NCBI GenBank assembly: GCA_002633005.1 | Contig: NMRA01000125.1 | Location: 106,214 to 170,213 of the forward strand | DNA: 64,000 bases | Reading direction: 5' to 3' | DNA from: Phoronis australis | Taxonomy: Eukaryota > Animalia > Phoronida | Shown here: in pieces, positions 23,195 to 37,700 of the stretch | How positions within the stretch are numbered: the first letter of the stretch is position 1 | Layout of the letters: each line of letters starts with the position of its first letter | Notes under the pieces: model-generated | What the model saw: only the letters and a program-made list of their open reading frames with translations | Told to the model about the DNA's origin: nothing | The model's database searches: none | Program-made: the position numbers and the translations under genes

Positions 23195-26100
23195 CTATGG
23201 GGAATATGATAACAATAACAACAACAACAACAACAACAACAACGTTACCAGTGATATGACAATAACAGCGTATCAAAAGTTGCAATCATCAAAACTAACT
23301 GAACACTCTACAGAGCTCGGTATTAATGACCATCTGATTGTTCAGGACAGTTAGGTGTGGACAAGCAGAATTTTCAAGACGACTTTAAATTTGTCATAGT
23401 CCTGCACTAAAGTTAATCATATCTTAAATGCAAGCACCAAGTATTTTCTATACCCGCTTTGCCACATATAAGGTGTCAAAAACTTCAAACCAGTGACTAA
23501 TACTTGGGAGTTGCCGGGGAATATTTGTCCAACGTCAATCAGATCAATATCATATTATGGAACTAGCTAGATTTAGCACTCGGATACATGGTAGCCGCCG
23601 GTCGATCACATTAAAACAACTACGATTAAAACACAAAAAAGTTTCACAAAGCAAAACAAGTTAACGAACTGAAGTACATGATTTGTTAACAATAATTGCA
23701 ATGAATTTTAAAGTTTTTTTTAAGTCCGCAAATCCTATTATGACATTGACATCATATGGCGTTTTTTTACCATTCGTCTGCACTCTACGTGAAATGTCTT
23801 CGAGTTACATCACAAAATATTTTAAATCATGTTGACGATCCTGCCAATGATACAAAATCTAATGAGTCCTCAGCTTGAGAAAATGCAAAACAAGACAAGA
23901 GGAATGAAGCAGCGCAGTTAAAGATTTTAAAGGTTGGAAACATTCAAAATTGGTTTGTGTTGAAAGCTGGGACAATGTGTCTTAAGTGTGAGACAAATAT
24001 GCTTCGTTTAAACAACAAAAAATAATTATTTATTATTTATAATTTTTGGACAAGCTCATTTCTTCTGAATCAGATAAGTTGAATTGAGGTAGACATGTCC
24101 AAAACGACAACCAGTTAAAAGGTTAATGTTGAGTCCCGCTCTATTCTACTAGTTTAGAGTAGACGACATTACGAAAGTTACGGTCACGTTTTACTTAGTT
24201 AGCATAAAGGCAATTGTCGAAATTGTTATTTGTTTTCCTCTTTTTTAATTGACGATTTTCTTGCAGTCGATATTGAATCCGTGAACAAATGCACAGAGCA
24301 AACCAAGCTATTAACAGTCAGAAAATTTTTTTTTACTGTATCTTTGTTCAGAAATTTGACAAAATGAAATTTCACTAGTCAGCCATATTGCGAGAAGAAT
24401 GTCAATAAGCAACATATTGTTCTATGTATATCCGGCTTGCCTCAAGCTTAGACTGACATTTCAAAAACTAGACCAGGCCTACAAAGCATTTCCTACTTCT
24501 GCAATACAATGCAACTCAGGAACAGACTCTTCAGATATTCAAATACGCCGTTTCTAATCTCAAAAACAGTGACCATAGCAAGATACGAGGTTCCATTCAA
24601 GTACATAAAATCAGAAGATTCCTCACCACACATGCCACTTTGCGTGAGCCGCTGACTGCCAAACTCTGTCCCTTCATATTGTCTAGCCTGTGAATGTTCT
24701 GCTGCTCGATATAAGGGCTGACATCAACATAGTTCCTGAAAATCATTGTAAAGGCAGTGCTGACATTCTGTTCATAGTATTGGATTCCTCCGTGTTAACA
24801 CACATTTGGTTCAATACCAAGCCTAAAATTTTCAAATTTTCAACATTCAAGGTTATGTACAGTACAAGCCACAAGTATTCCAACAAAATGACCCAGAATT
24901 CCCCATCAAGATGGCTGGGTGGAAGCCATATTGATTTTCAGTCAGTACCGTAGTCTTACCCATGATGGAGAATGAAAGGGAATAAGAGGTCAGTAAATTA
25001 AGTGGCTGAGCCATTCTGTAAGTAGAATTTTGCAACAAGAATTCTTATTACCAGTCCTGTTTGCTGTTAACAGAATTAGCCGTCATGATAGAAACGGTAT
25101 TTAGTCTGCTTACTTCAAAATTTGTCTTGTACCGTAGGATTTTACCGACAAGTGTGTGTGTTTAGCCAAATACCTACAAAACTAGAGATTTTAATTCAAT
25201 AAAAGTGCATAACATTCGAAAGTAGAAAGCCAGCATATTTTTGATTTTTAGACTTTTTACCAATCTGCCATTAAACGGGTCACGTGACCCTGTCACTTTG
25301 CCAAAATTAAGAAAAGAAGGACGTTAAATTCATAGCACAACAAGAGTATCAATAACACGACCAAATTTCATTTGACATAAATTTTCAGGATAAAATCTCA
25401 AAAAACGCTGTTACAATTTTCTTAATTATCAACTTCTGATTTTTTCTATGAAGAAAGTCCTACACAATTCCCCAAAACATGCTGTTAAACAGTGCATAAA
25501 GTACAGTATCTGAAATTTTCATATCAATCCGATCAGTCACTTTTGAAATAGGATGTTCCAAAGTTAGCCAAATTTTGATATTTTTCTAGGGATCGACATA
25601 ACCTTAAATGCCTTTGCTTGGCTAAATCCAGTCCTAATTTAATATAATAACACCACAAATAATTTAAAGTCCCACCTCACATACCTATGACTGCACATTA
25701 TATAGTCGGAGACGACTTAGTATTGCAGGTGAAGGGAATTGTAACTCCCTGAGCAACAAGTTCAACCGAATGTTGGGTGAATGTCCACAAACAGTAAAAT
25801 CTCACTAGTTTAGGACACAATAATGGCGGACAAGTGAAATTTTATTTTCTCATTTGTTTCATAAAAGACATGCAGCTCCAAATGGACATTTTTCCATGTT
25901 CACATTCTGTATCACAGCTACCACCACGCAACATTTTCAAAATCTATGGGCACACATTGTGAGAAGCATTTGAAGAGTGAAAAAGTGCAAAAGTTAGCGA
26001 CTGTTTTTGTTCAAAATTGGTGGGACTCTACTGTACCCGTTTCGCAAAGAATTAGTTTTCAAACGCCCACACATAGCTTAATGCCCACCCCATATTTTCG

Positions 26101-29100
26101 AGTTTCACAATTCAGTAGTCCTGGGTGTCAACGCACACAAGTACAGTTTATGTTCAGCTGCTACTCCTACGGGTAATTTCAGATAAAACAACCATAATTA
26201 GGAATGGTTCATTACAGTATTGTTGTGTTGTTACACATTGACCGTTTCCAGAAGACATACAGTGCATGCCAAAAGTATTCAGACAAAAAGCCCCGTCATG
26301 ACGACTGGGCAGAGTGGTTTTCTCTCGAGACCTACGGTAAAGTTGCGTGATTTTGTAGAATGAAGGAGAATTAAGAGGCAAGTTAATAAGGCGCCAATTG
26401 GCCACACTAACAGTTATTATCAGACATTTTTGCTCTTAACTAAATTAGTTGCTACGATAGGGAAACGGTAATGTCTGATTACTTTTGTCTTGTACTGTAC
26501 ATGGCCTATTGATTACTTTTGTCTTGTACTGTACACGTTGACATGCACCCAAAGCAGAGGTTCAACAAAAGCAATAAAACAACAATCACTCAAGTGTGTA
26601 GTAATAAGAGGTTATCATCAAATGAAGAAATAGAAATGAAAAATGAACAATACCAAGGACGGTGAAAGGCCAAACACAAAATATTCCTTTAAATGACAGA
26701 CATCATTATTTAACCTCATGATATACTTAATAAATAAATTATTAATCACTTCTGGAAACTCAGGTTGGGAGAAAAAAATTCATGGAGTTTCGAGAATTGA
26801 TTGATATGAAACACACACATTAAATTATTCCTTTTAAGAAAACCAGAACATATCAACAAACTTAGGGCACATTTAGGCACATTGTTGAGGAATTTTAGAA
26901 CAGAAAGGAGAAATTCTAGTTTGTTAATTTTCTTAAATTGCATATAGACCCGCCTTCTACCTTTAAACAAAATAACTTTGACTTTGTGCATTTCTGACTA
27001 CAAAACTGATATCAAGTTGTTCAGTTCCTTAGTCAGTTCAATTTCTGGGCAGTGATGTCATCTTTTGTATTTATCTATATAATTATGAAACAAAATGTAA
27101 AAAACAAGTTCTTTACTTAGATTAACCCTGTACTTCCAAAAACCGTAGTTCACTGGACACACCTTCCAAAAATATCAGGGGTTCGCTTAACTTCTTGGAG
27201 ACCATGAAAATAGTTTGGAAATAATTACAAAAGCAAGGAATGATGCAAAACGTGTATTGGAAACACGAGATAAACCTGACAGAACTTTCAACAATGCAAA
27301 ATAGGAGAAGAATTTTCACTGTAGTTGTGTCAAATGATGCACAGTGTAACCAAGGGCAAACACTGCTTACTCAGAAGAGCAATGATTTGTGAGCTATTGA
27401 TGATCTGACTGTTCAGTAGTACTGGGCACATAAAACAACCTGGCATGGCAAGTCAAGTTGTTTCCAAACCCAGGAATTATGCTGTAATCAAAGAATCAAG
27501 TTCAGACAAGTTGTATAACAAATGGTATGTGCTCTAAATAAAGTTATTTTTTGACAGATGGTGGGTTTATGAAATTGAATGTTTAAAATTAAACAAAAAC
27601 TAGGAAATTTTAGTCTTGTCTTGTTTCAAAGACAAGTGCCGTAAAACAAACTTTCGGAGGATTTGTAGCGGCATTCTGTGCCTTTGAATAATGCGAAAAT
27701 GGTAGCCCTGGAAGTGTGGAAAACTGAAAAAATTCACTGTGACGATAACAGAAATTCCTTCTTACCTTCTGCACAAAATGGAGCTAATACAAAAACACTG
27801 AAAGAATTCGCATCATACTTTTTACATTAGGCAAAGTCGACTTACCATTGCACCAAGACAGTACTACTATCTAATGGCTGATAGACTTCCGTTGGGACTG
27901 AATGTAGAGGGACCTGCACCAACAGGGACTGTCCATCCTCTGTGTCCTCCATCAACAGCACCGTCAGGGTGGAGTCATTATAGAAACTGAAGTCCAATAT
28001 CTTGCACTGGCCACACCTGTAATGACCAAGATACGTGCAGCAACATTTATGCTCCATAGAATTTGGGTTTAATTCAACTGAAATTGCCAGAAAGTTGCCA
28101 AAAATGTGCTGAAAGATACTGTAACCACAAAATGAGAAAATTAGACTTCGAAATAAAATACCACGGCATTACTAGAAAAGGAAGAAATGTGAGATTACTA
28201 AAGTCCTGTCCACACACACATGTACTATTAATTAGTATGACGGGATGTTAGCAACTGAACGTTTGTAGTTACGATTATTTAGTTGTTATTGTTCATTTAT
28301 TCTTATGATAATGTATTTGTTGTGTTTCAGTGCGCCTTTGTTACGTGGGCATGAGGGCACTTTGCTAGCGACAGGCTACAGAGGGTGCGTTTCCTTCTTT
28401 CTTTGGCAACTATGGATTGAGCGGATGTAATTTGGAACTGTACTGTAATGTACATGTATGTGTAAGGTGAAATGCACATTTTGGAGTTCTTTGGAGATTT
28501 GATTTGTTGCACTAGGGNTAAGCGCCCATGTTCGGTTAACCGCCCATCCCCTACTTTAGGTGGATTTTCGATTTAACCGCCCACTGCTCGGTTAACCGCC
28601 CTCCCCCGATTTTTTGGGTTCGCCAATTTAACCGCCCAGGGCGTTAACTCGAACGATTACGGTAAGTTCCTAAACTATTACAGACTGGAAGCCTACTTTA
28701 GGAACCAATCAAGTTAGGTGTCTTGAGGGGAGCTACCTATTTCTTTGAATTACAGGAACTACAGGGAATGGGGAGTGCTTCCATGGGCACACATCATGTG
28801 TGGTGGACTGTGTCTTGTCGCCCCACCATGTTCGAATTGAAGCTTCTGAATTTTTTTCACGACACAAAAATTATTGTGAATATTGCCATTTTCCATGTCC
28901 AAGTCTCATGTAACTACATGATTGCTTATGCTCGACACTTAAGCAAAATATTTAGAGTTGTCAGCTACACAGCACAAACTACTTAACAAATACAGTATTA
29001 TTGAGATTAATTTTCCTGGAGAAATTTGACAAGGTAAAACGTCACTCTTTGGCCACATTGTGAATTTGGGTGTCAATGACACTTCACAGTTGTGTACACA

Positions 29101-32100
29101 TGAAAAACAAATTCGCCAGTGGAGTATTACCAGAAAAAACATGCAGACAAACAAATTTGTCAGTGAATAGTACTAGAAACACACTTTGACAAATTATTCT
29201 GTGTATTACCAGAAACATGCAAGCAAATCTGTCAGTGTGTAATACCAGAAAAAAATCTACATTATGTGGCCATTTTTTAAAAATGTGGCATGCATTTTCA
29301 GTGTCTGTTGTTGCTTACTTAAATGACAGTGTCAAGTAAAAACTAGGCTTCCAGGTCACAATGACACCTACATATGCAAAACATAAATTATAAATTATAC
29401 GGTGATATATGAGCTTATATGATTCCCTCCAAACGTCTGCTCATTCCAAAAGTACGCCACGCATACGTTTGGGATGTTTGAAAGTTCAAAAAGCCCTTGA
29501 AATGCATCGAAAAGTTCACCTGGACAAATGATAATCTCCGCCATCTATTCAAAAACCAATTTCCTAACATACAGACTGGAGCTAATTATCAGGAATTACT
29601 GGTAAAACACGGAAAGCTGAATGACAGAAAACGTTACATCAATGAGATCCCCTGTGAACAAATAACTTCAACCATTGCACAAGCTCACAGTCCTACAACA
29701 CCCAAACACCAATCAGAATCATGCCATTTCCAACACTGAAAAGTAGCATATGTTACCTTGACCATAGTCCAGGCACCTCAACACTTGGAGTGACATATGG
29801 GCCCAGTGGTAGGTATCTAGTTGACTAAACACTTGGCAATAAATGTGTCATAATTACCCCATCATTCTTTTGATGGGCCATATCCAGAGCAGTGAGAATG
29901 TTTATCATTACATTGTTAGTGCAATTAGGGTGATTTCACTGGTCTTTTGTCACAGTTATATGTCTGGGGTGTCACTGATGAAAGTAAAATGACCTATTAT
30001 GGTAATTCATACATTTACCAACACAAGGCAGCGCCAGTTTACAATTTCAGGGTGCTTTTCCTACTCAAGACTGAAACATCACAGAAAATTTTGTTTTGGT
30101 CACTTCAAGAAATCCAAAGCGCGACTCAAAATTTGCCAGCTCTATTAAATTAAATTAATTAATTAAACGAAACCAAATAAGAAACTGGAAAATAGTCCCA
30201 TGCACAACAATCTTTACTGATATCTTTGTAATACAGTAAAAATTCTTCATTTTTGTTTTTAAAGGGTTGTCACTTTATTGCAAATGCTCATAATTGTATA
30301 AAACATTGTTTGAAGACACACACACACACACTGTTAAAACAATGACAAGAATGGAGCATGTCTTATTCTTAATAATCATTTTAAGGAGAAATTCAACAAA
30401 ACAAAATTTCCCTTTTCCACTATATCATATCCCAAGAGTTTTTACCAAAACAACCTTTCCTAACAGTTACACTTTGTCTTTGAAATTACACATGGACAAA
30501 CCCACTGCAAAATAATCAAGTTGACAGTAGTATTGGAAGTAATTAGTTGTCATGTTTTCAAAATGCAATAAAATTGTAAACAACTAAAACTAGAAACTCA
30601 TTAACCCCGCAAGAACCTTGCATGCTTGCGACATCAAAAGACCTTTGAACCCAACTGAAAGTGAGTCTACAGGGAAACTCCGCATCAAAAATGAAACAAG
30701 AACAAAGTGTTCGACACTGACGACTGTCACAAAGCAAAAAATACAGAAAACATTGCCCATAAGTTTTGTAACCAATACTTGCTATACATGGCAAAAAATT
30801 GCAATGACAGCCGGCCCAACTCAATTGCTCTGGTGGTATTCCCGCAGGGCGAAGATTAAGAACATCCTGGGTAGATGCTACAAGAATTACCAGCCAGGCT
30901 AATCTCTGGTTGGTCCCCAGGGGCATTAAGCAATATATCCCAGCAGGACATTTGTCACAGAGTAAGACTTTTGTGTTAGAAGACCTTTCATGTCTACCTG
31001 GCCATGTGTGATAAGGAGATAAACCATCACCACTTTACTCCTGAAGTGAGTTGCCACAGTTTTACACGTGCTGTTAAAGCAACTGAAACCATTTGTTAGC
31101 TTTTATAGCTTTATCAAATTAGAACTCAAAATACCACAGTGGGGGTGATCACGGAGACCTAAATTGCTTAAAGAAACACGCACGTGCTTGATTTTTTAAA
31201 AAAATATTTTAAGCCAAATGCAGTGGCATCTTGACTGAAATACGATCAAATCTCAGGAATTTTGTACAAAAACAATTGCCAAAATTACCTTTTTCCGTTT
31301 TTAAGGTCTTCTAACAATGCTGTGAATGTCCACATTGTTTCACAACTTAAACATGGCAAAGCATTACTTTGGCGTTAAATATTTTTCATGAAAAATGGAG
31401 AAAATTTGTTTATTTATCTGCCATATTGTGTCATTTATTGGTGACATTCTACCATACCCTACAGATTTGTTAACAAGGAAAGCATTTGATCAGAAAGACA
31501 TTCATAAGGTAATCTAATTTTTAGCAGGCATGGCCTAGTAATCTTCTGTGGATAGACATTATCGGTTTTACAGTCGAAAATAACAAACTTGTGGGATTAT
31601 TGTTGGCTGCTATAAACTTCTTGAAGTTGTTAGCTGTGAAATTTACTTTGCTTCTTAGAGACATTGAAAAAAAATGAAAATTGGAAAATTTCACCAATTA
31701 TTTTTTGTCCGAAATTTAAGAGACTTCAGTTCATGCTGAAGACCATAAAATATTAAAACTAAATTAGAGTTTGGAGACTAGATTTCACCCATAGCCTACA
31801 ATTTAACAGATAAAGCACATTGCCACTTCAAATGCCAATAACTGTAGCACTGAAGACATAGTACAAAACAATTGTAAGGATTGCTGTGAAAGGTACAACT
31901 ATGGGATAGTGACAATGTCTCCTGTCAAGCTTACATGAAATGTAGATGTACAATCCACTTGTAATCATGTTGAAGCTACTAATACCTTCATAGGAATGCA
32001 CAAGCAGTCCACTAAAGGGGATCAACTTCAAATGGCATAATACTAAGGACCAAGTAAGGCAGCATTACAGTCATTGTCCTTTTAATGCCAACATAAAGAA

Positions 32101-34737
32101 CACTTACATTGAAATGAACAAGATTTTGAAAACCTTCTGTTAATGGGTAACAGTCTAATCCAGGGCACAGCTTAAGGTGTCAATTTAGGGAGGTCACTGC
32201 TGTGTTGCCTTTACTGGTTACAATTGCCTCTCAGTGGTGTTCCCCATCTGGGAAACACTTCCAAGGCCACACACTTCAACATTCAAGAATACGCCAAACT
32301 CCAAACTCGTTTTCATTTTTCCGTGTTTCAAAGAACTGAGATAAGATATTTTTAAAACCATGAGGTCAAATATTACTATTGTTGTTTGAACCTGGTCTGC
32401 TGGATTGTAAAAATTCTTCAGTTTGGGATACTAAATGGCGGACAGTTGAAATTCCGTCTAGTCAAATTTCGCAACAAAAATAATTTTCAGGAAATTTACT
32501 ATGCTTTTAACATGGTTTGTATGGTGTAACTTTCAGAAAAAACAACATTTGGTAAAATTTTGAGCCTTTGCAACGTGGTGAGCGTCTGAAACAATTTCAG
32601 CAATTAGTTTTGTTCCAAACTGAAGAATTTTTATAGTGATTCCTAGATCCTCAGAGATGTCTGGTCTCCTCTGATGGGATGCTGTTAACTACAAGTAGTG
32701 GTGGGAACTCTGGTCAAGTGGGATCTCATTTGTCTGGTTACATTGTCAACACTCACAAATAATTATAATAATTATAATAATTATAGAGTAAAAATGGACT
32801 TAACATATTAGATTGCTTGGCACTCAAATCATACCTTATTGCTTTAACTGATAAAAATATAATGTATAGACCGTTTTTAATGTCGGCAATAAGAACCTGC
32901 CAACAGCTGAAGAGCAGCATTTTTTGAGAAGGAACAACCACCGCCTTGGCACACTGTGACCCCAATAGTACCAGAATAGAGCCGTCCAATCCTGCACGTG
33001 CCAGAGTTACGACACCGTCACTAATAAACACTCCAGAAAGGTACAAAAATATTTAATCAGCCATCCAAACCTGAAGTCCCCACTCACAGCCGTCAGTGCA
33101 AATAGCTGGCCGGTTAACAACAAAAGCTCTTCAAGAAATCACTACTGGCCAAAGGTCTCCCACCCACTCTGCACATGTGTCAAATGTCAACAAACTTCAT
33201 AGTTTTCATCCCTAAAAGAAACTTGTTATCCTAAAAGAGGCTAGCATCTAAACAAGGCCTTTAAGTTTCAAAACTTCTGCATTGTACTTTGAAACAGTGG
33301 CAGTTGCTTCTGATCATGTTCTAATCAGGTCCATTCAAGCTAATGAGAGTTCTACCAAATTAATAATGTTACTAAAAGCTGATGCATAATCACGACTTTC
33401 AAAAGCGTCAAATTTGACGAATGCTCAGTTACTAGGAGTTTGAGACTTAATTCGATGCAGTTTTGACAATTTCCTTTCTTTCCATCAACGTACAACAAAC
33501 TACGTTTCACTATTCAAAAGATCTGCAAAATAGGACCACATTATAAATAAATAGGACCATATTATAAATAAATAGGACCATATTATAAATAAATCTAGTC
33601 ATGCACACCAGTGCTTCCAAATTTTTAACAATATTGAATAAACTTTTCTTTGTTGATAAAAAGTAAAATTCATGATCACTCAAATTTACCAACTAATTTA
33701 TAGTGCACTAAAAGAAAATAAAGGTAAAAATTTTAGATTAAGAAAAATCACATCACGCTGAAAAATATCATATAGGACTGAGAGTAAAGCCATGTTCAGA
33801 CCAACTAAACTCCAACATAACTCTTCAATCTATTGTTGTAAGTGTTATGTAATCCTTACCCTTCATACCTGCAGTTAAAACTATTGTAATCCTACTATGC
33901 TGGTAATCACCAGCTGTTAGTATTATCACTTTCCAATTTCCCCCAGTTAGGACCTGGTAGTCATGGTTTCCAACAAGACTTGACAGCACAAGCACCTCAT
34001 TTTTAAACTGCCCTGGTTTTGCACGAGAGGCTATCAAAAATAGGACTTTTATACTTTTCATGCAAAAAATTTTTATAAAACAAAAATGAAACAATTTAGA
34101 AAATTGTAACAGCATTTTCGAGATTTCATCTTCAAAATTTACATCAAAGGAAATTTGGTCATGTTATTGCTATGGATAAATGTACTTTTCCTTTTTGCTC
34201 ATTTTTACTAAGAAGACCCAATCAATGGCAGATTAGTAAAGAGTCAAAAACTAAATTCTACAGGCTTTCTTCTTTCAGAAAATATATACTTTTACTGAGT
34301 CAAATTTTATAGTTTTGTAGCAAAATAAACAGACTTGCCAATAATGTTCTACATAATCTTAACCTAGAAAATGTCCACCCAAGATAGCCAAGGGCTTGTA
34401 ATTTCAGCAAACGGAACATATAAAAATGAATATAAATTATGACTTCTTTGCCCTTAAAAAAACAGCGTGTTGGTAACTTAGAGGCGGACTGTCACTACTG
34501 CTTTTAATAAAAGCAATTTGAATAATAAAGTCAAAATTCTGAGGTCTATTCAAGACCATTAATCCAATAAAAATGCAGGAACAGTTACAGTTACAGTTAC
34601 AAACGTTCACAAGGCATATCTAACATCAGTACACACCGCTAGATTATCTCCTTTAAAAAGGGAATTGCTTTCATTGACAAGTGAATACCTTGCCCTCTGA
34701 ACTGGCACACATGGTAACACTACACCTGCAATCTCCG
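23018..34737 (-). CDS. ANAPC4: Anaphase-promoting complex subunit 4, 3' part only; complement(join(23018..23194,24627..24735,27846..28016,34689..34737)); 5' exons not identified
   Basis: Spliced translation CKILDFSFYNDSTLTVLLME...LLVQVPL...HRLDNMKGQSLAVSGSRKVACV-VASSRRRVRLFLTEVEDDED matches the recalled APC4 C-terminal WD40 region (human CLDAQFYDDETVTVVL...LLVQLPL...LLESMKAQYVAGNGFRKVSCVLSSNLRHVRVFEMD). Intron phases are consistent. Confidence 0.88.
23209..23243. repeat. (AAC)n microsatellite just upstream of the last ANAPC4 acceptor
   Basis: ATAACAATAACAACAACAACAACAACAACAACAAC. Confidence 0.9.
24627..24735 (-). CDS. ANAPC4: ANAPC4 penultimate exon
   Basis: Acceptor TTTTCAG| and donor GTG|GTGAGG; reads NYVDVSPYIEQQNIHRLDNMKGQSLAVSGSRKVACV. 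Confidence 0.9.
24850..25606. mobile_element. Non-autonomous DNA element with AAGGTTATGT...ACATAACCTT ends (TTAA/Kolobok-like MITE family)
   Basis: Terminal inverted match AAGGTTATGT / ACATAACCTT(AA). Internal blocks are shared with copies at about 34140-34362, 45992-46130 and 51524-51997. Confidence 0.55.
27846..28016 (-). CDS. ANAPC4: ANAPC4 internal exon
   Basis: Acceptor TTACAG| and donor TG|GTAAGT; reads CGQCKILDFSFYNDSTLTVLLMEDTEDGQSLLVQVPLHSV. Confidence 0.9.
28519..28664. mobile_element. Tc1/mariner(pogo)-type element end with reiterated TTAACCGCCC motifs, truncated at a single-N join
   Basis: Four TTAACCGCCC copies plus a variant; ends in ATTACGG|TA; N at 28518. Confidence 0.6.
32405..32639. 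mobile_element. MITE, family of 11479-11716
   Basis: GTAAAAATTCTTCAGTTTGGGA ... TTCCAAACTGAAGAATTTTTATAG. Confidence 0.65.
33527..33593. repeat. Short tandem repeat, 3 x 21 bp
   Basis: AAATAGGACCA(C/T)ATTATAAAT repeated three times. Confidence 0.85.
34689..34737 (-). CDS. ANAPC4: Probable 49-bp ANAPC4 exon
   Basis: Acceptor CATTTGTAG| and donor AAG|GTATTC; reads EIAGVVLPCVPVQRAR. The phase-2 end matches the 28016 exon, but homology is weak. Confidence 0.45.
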
Positions 34738-37700
34738 CTACAAATGAGTAACAAATAAGTGTTTACTGTTCCCAAACAAAGGTGATAAAAAGAGCACCAT
34801 CCTAACAAGAGGAATTCTTGTGAATAGGTCTACATGAACAGTGCTACACTAGTGACACAGTGCAGCAGTCACTGAATAAGAATGGAAAATACCCTTGCAG
34901 AAAAAAAACACCCTGATTTTGCTAAATGCCAACAAATTTGTTCTTGCTTGCAGACTGAAGTGGGTTGACTAAATAACATACAGAATTACAAATCTTTTAC
35001 TGACACACAGTACCTCATGTAGTTATTTAATCAATTACTATTAGTTTCAATTCAGATTTGATGTCTAATTATTTCCAAAGGTTTTCGCTCAGTGACACAC
35101 ATGAGAATAACCTAGTACGCCAAAATACATAATTGAAAGTTTTAAAAAAGATTCAAGTTGATAAACTTTCCTGCTCGCCCCACTGTGCAGAAATGGACCA
35201 GTCTGAATGATCATTTCAGCCAATGACAGTTAATGAGGCTTTCATGAAAAAGTAACAGGGTGTATGCATATAAGTAGCACCAACTAGGAACAATTCCCCA
35301 ATATTTTCCAAACACCTTAACTAGGGGAGAGTCCATGCTTAGCAGAAACACAACTTTCACTTGTTGATGGATAGTTGGCAGATTGCTCAAATGTCAAGGA
35401 AACTTTAACATAAGAGGTTGCTTGGCATCAAACTTGGAAATACAGGAAAATATCACCACATCAACCAGCAACCGAAGGTTTGAGGTAAGCCTGCTGTCAA
35501 GTTTATCTTCAAAAATTTCAAAAGCAAGAATTACTCCCCAAACACTCTAAGACTTAAATATGAAAATCCGTGTAGTGGTCATATACTTTGTAGAAGTCAT
35601 GCTGATAAGTTGCTAGGTTTTCACATATCATAACGGATGCATACAAAAGGCCGGGTGTTGTATCTTAAAAAGTCTTAACAAACGTTTCCGAGGCTGTTCT
35701 AACTCAAAAAGTCTGGTTTAAAATAATCCTCTGCCTGACAGGTGCATATCGCCCAGATTTAAATTTCAACAAAGGTCTTTCTGAATGCTTAATTCTTTAA
35801 AGGATTAAGAACTATAAATGCTTGAAATTCAAAATGTAAAATTTCAATCAGAGCAGACAAAGGCGTAAAGTGCGCTCTCTGGTTGAATGGTTGAATGCCC
35901 AATGGCCAACAAACTATCAAAACATTTTGAAATAAATCTCTTCAAATACAGCTCCACTTTAAACCTTCAACTAAAATCAACATGTTTAAATTGTAAACTG
36001 AGACAAAAATGAATGGAAGCAGAATGCAACATGTTTGACCAGAGGCGGATGGGGGGCAAGATGGACTGCAGATGAATTAAATAAAACAGACCTGGACAGA
36101 GTAGTTGAAGAGCAGTAAGAGGTTTATTTCATGTTATTGTGTATCTCCACTCAACTAACTTGGTATTGAGTTCTGTGGCTGGAATGGACAGAGTGTGAGG
36201 ATTACGGTAGAGCAGTGAGATATGAAGTTGAAAGTTAAGCCTCGCCTTAATTTCATTAGGAAAAGCCAGTGCTTCCGAATGTTAGATGTCGTTATTGAAC
36301 GACATGCTTACTGCGAGCTCTTTTCAAAGTTGGCAAATGCCAAGACAATTTTTGCCTTACTACAAGAAGATTTTGGTAACCATACACAACAAGCTTAAGA
36401 ATGATTCATCTTCATTTCTAACTCATCCACAGGCATTTGCACAGAAAGAATGCCATGCCGTATTTTATTTTAAAGCACCGACACACGATTCATACTACAA
36501 TGACATGGAGACTATTTTACTGACTCCAGCCGACTGTTTAGAAAATGAAGTTTCTAAAATCTGAATAAAAGTATACAGACTGAAACAATGACTTTCTCGT
36601 CTGCCGTCTTGGTTTGTTGGCGATTCACCTTGAAAGCAAATCAAAGCACTTTCAGAAAGCGAGTTGTCCAACAATGACATTTAACCAAAGTCTGTACTCA
36701 GTCCAGTTTCAGCCAAAATTACTTCAGTCACAAAGGATGCATTAATAAGATGCTGGTGTTGTAAAGAACCCACTTCTATATTTGTTAGACCTTAAGTAAG
36801 GAAAATGTTCTTTTTTAACTATTTTAATAAGTTGATTAGCCTTGCACTAAGATATTTCTTGAAGGAATGACATGGTGGTGGAGGCAATGTGATGATATTG
36901 ACGATGACGAGGATCAGGTGACCAGAAGAAGTGTAAGCTCCCATCCCCTAAACCATATACACTAAAAATTCTCCAAACTCATTGACCAAAACTCCTAACC
37001 TGAGAACCAAATTCCAGTCCTGAACCATGGGTACATGACTGGCTTGGGACCAAACACCACTCGCAAACTGTGACCAAAAATATGGAGTTTGATTAAGAAG
37101 TATAAAGTATTTTTGGTGTGTGTGTGAGTGTGTGGTGTTTAGTGGAGCATGTATGGAATTTGAGCGGTATGTTTGGTGTTAGCTTTTCCAGGACAGGGGT
37201 TTAGATCGCAGCTGGAATTTCCACCCCCTCTCCGAAACATTTCTGTTAGCAACCTCTTCAATACAAGAAAAAACAGATATAGGCAAAATACAATGGCAAA
37301 TTACTAAGTATCTGCGATGAAATTCTCGGTACTATCATCTCAGACTCAATGCCAGCCCAGTCATACAGAATTAGCTACTGTAAATACACATGGGAGAAGG
37401 TGCAGTACCAATCAACATTCCAATAGAAAACACCTTTAGCATATCTTGGAAGGCCAGGAAATGAGAATTCTAGGAGTGCAGCTGATTAACTTACAAATTA
37501 CATGGCTTGTGAGGGTTGAAAGAGCAGGTTTGTCCATACAGACATCTCACAATTGGAACAGGTACAGGTGATTTTAACATGGGGGTATAGTCTGCTCTTT
37601 TAGTCAACAAGGGAGCACCCAATCCGTCAGTACCAATATCTTTTCATTGGAGTCCCATGTAGTGCCACTTTTGCACACCATTGTTTTGGTTCATGTTCAG